DNA from: Dimorphilus gyrociliatus
Lineage: Eukaryota > Animalia > Annelida
Direction of reading: 5' to 3'
Assembly: GCA_904063045.1 (NCBI GenBank)
Contig: CAJFCJ010000017.1
Coordinates: 186,001 to 250,000 of the forward strand
Length of the DNA stretch: 64,000 bases
Positions within the stretch are counted from its first letter, which is position 1, and every line of letters starts with the position of its first letter. A model generated the notes under the pieces. That model saw only the letters and a list, made by a program, of their open reading frames with translations, was not told the origin of the DNA and did not search any database. A program made the position numbers and the translations under genes. Shown one piece after another: positions 62,479-64,000 of the stretch.

Positions 62479-64000
62479 GCATTTACCTAACAAAAGAAAA
62501 GCTGATTATTTTAATTAAAATGAAAAATTCTTAAGTTTTACTTGGACGATTTTTATCGAAATTAATTAAAACAATAAATTGTTAATTACGTCATTGAATA
62601 ATTCTGTAATAAGTTAATAATTTAAAAATATTCAATTATATTTTTTAAGAAGGTAAAATAAAAAATTTTTTGGATGAAACTTTATTTTTTTTTAACTACC
62701 AGTTTTCAAATATATTTTACTTTTTTTTTATATTTATAAAACTTTTATTCTTAGTTTTCATCTTTTCCTCCTTCTCCTTACTTTCTTTATATAATTTATT
62801 TATCAAAACAAAGATATCAACAAGTTTGAATGAATTGAATGGAATATTTTAAAATGCTTAATTAAAGAGAAAATAATAATTTGACAAATCGAAGGAAGGG
62901 AAAACTTGCTCTTTTATCGTTACTATCTTAATAAATTAGGTTTTAATATCATAATATAGAATATATTGACTACAAACGTTCGCTTTTTAAAATATCCAAA
63001 CTTTCCTAATTGACTAATGCTTCGATGTTTCTCTTTAAACGCAAACAACAATGCTTGTACGATGAACATTTGAGTTTGTCGACGAGAGACGCATGAAGAC
63101 ATCAACATTAAAAAAGTTGACAATCTCTCGTCACGTGATAAGAAAGTTCGAAGAGGATCCTAATTCAAAAAATATATATTAGATATGTAATATATCTTAT
63201 ACTAAACAGTTAATAGGCCTAACTTTAATGTTGATTTTCTTATCAATATTATTTTTTTGTATACTATGACTATGCCATTATGGCAGTAACTTACTGCTAT
63301 ATTTTTTTAACTACAACATCATTTTTAGTCTCTCAAACGTTTTTTTGCTCAATTTTTTTATACTGGCTTCAACATATAGGAGAATCTTTTATCTATTTGC
63401 CAAATTTACAATTAATAGGGTTTGTTATAATATTGAAATAATCCATTTTAATTGAATATTAATTATCGTCAAAAAAAAACAACAACAACAATAGGTTAAT
63501 TATTTTACTTGTGTGGGCAGTATTAACTGGTTTCTATGTATGTTTTTCATGGATTTCATGGTTTTATCAACACTACAGGAGTTTATTTCCTAGAAATCTT
63601 TTAATCTTTTTACAAACTGCAGTCAGTTTCGTTTTTCTCTTAAAGAATATAAAGAGATTAAACTAATCAAGTATTTTTTATTTATTTATTAAATATAGGT
63701 CAATGAAGAAACTCATACTTTATTTAATTTTTTCGTAACGAGCTCTCAATTAGTTGCGCAGACATTCTTTTGTTCGGTATTCGTTTATTGGCTACAGCAG
63801 ATGAATATAACTGACGTTTACGCTCTACTATTGAAAAATATAGGGTTATTGTACAACTTATGCAATTTATTATATAAATTAATAATAGCCTTCTCTTAAT
63901 AGGTTAATTTTATTAAATATCATATCAATTTGTAATGGAATTTATACGGTTGGTTCATGGTTTCTTGATATTAAAAAGTACTTGGGGAAAAAGATACCTA

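Noticed and set aside
62670-64000. ORFs 62670-62852 and 62923-63123
   Set aside because: Low-complexity or motif-less; no supporting splice structure.
1-64000. tRNA, rRNA or other structured ncRNA genes
   Set aside because: None recognised by eye; tRNAscan-SE or Infernal would be needed to exclude them.

Overview
AT-rich (roughly 70% by eye) eukaryotic DNA with very short GT-AG introns (mostly 46-90 bp), i.e. a compact-genome invertebrate animal. A meiofaunal annelid such as Dimorphilus is an unverified guess. Most ORF-track entries are single exons, so I rebuilt gene models by hand from splice sites and reading-frame phase. In order, the window holds: a 5'-truncated giant single-pass receptor (Cys-rich 58-aa repeats, WAP, cadherin-like, REJ, GPS-like, SEA-like, TM); a glycine amidinotransferase-like gene; an intronless SLC28/CNT-like transporter; an N-myristoylation-motif globin; a Tc1 relic; five tandem TNFR-like genes interrupted by a decayed Bel/Pao retrotransposon; STRA6-like; small 4-TM genes; an intronless CARD-like/NACHT/LRR gene; an orphan rhodopsin-type GPCR; a stand-alone Bel/Pao gag-like ORF; a secreted PAN-PAN protein; and an LRR protein. 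Headline: the fifth TNFR-like gene (38510-36634, minus strand) splices in frame through its TM and a short linker into a complete caspase (p20+p10, catalytic His/Cys and S1 Arg/Gln/Arg present). This predicts a receptor-caspase fusion needing no death-domain adaptor, next to four caspase-less paralogues. All homology calls are from motif recognition; no database search was run.
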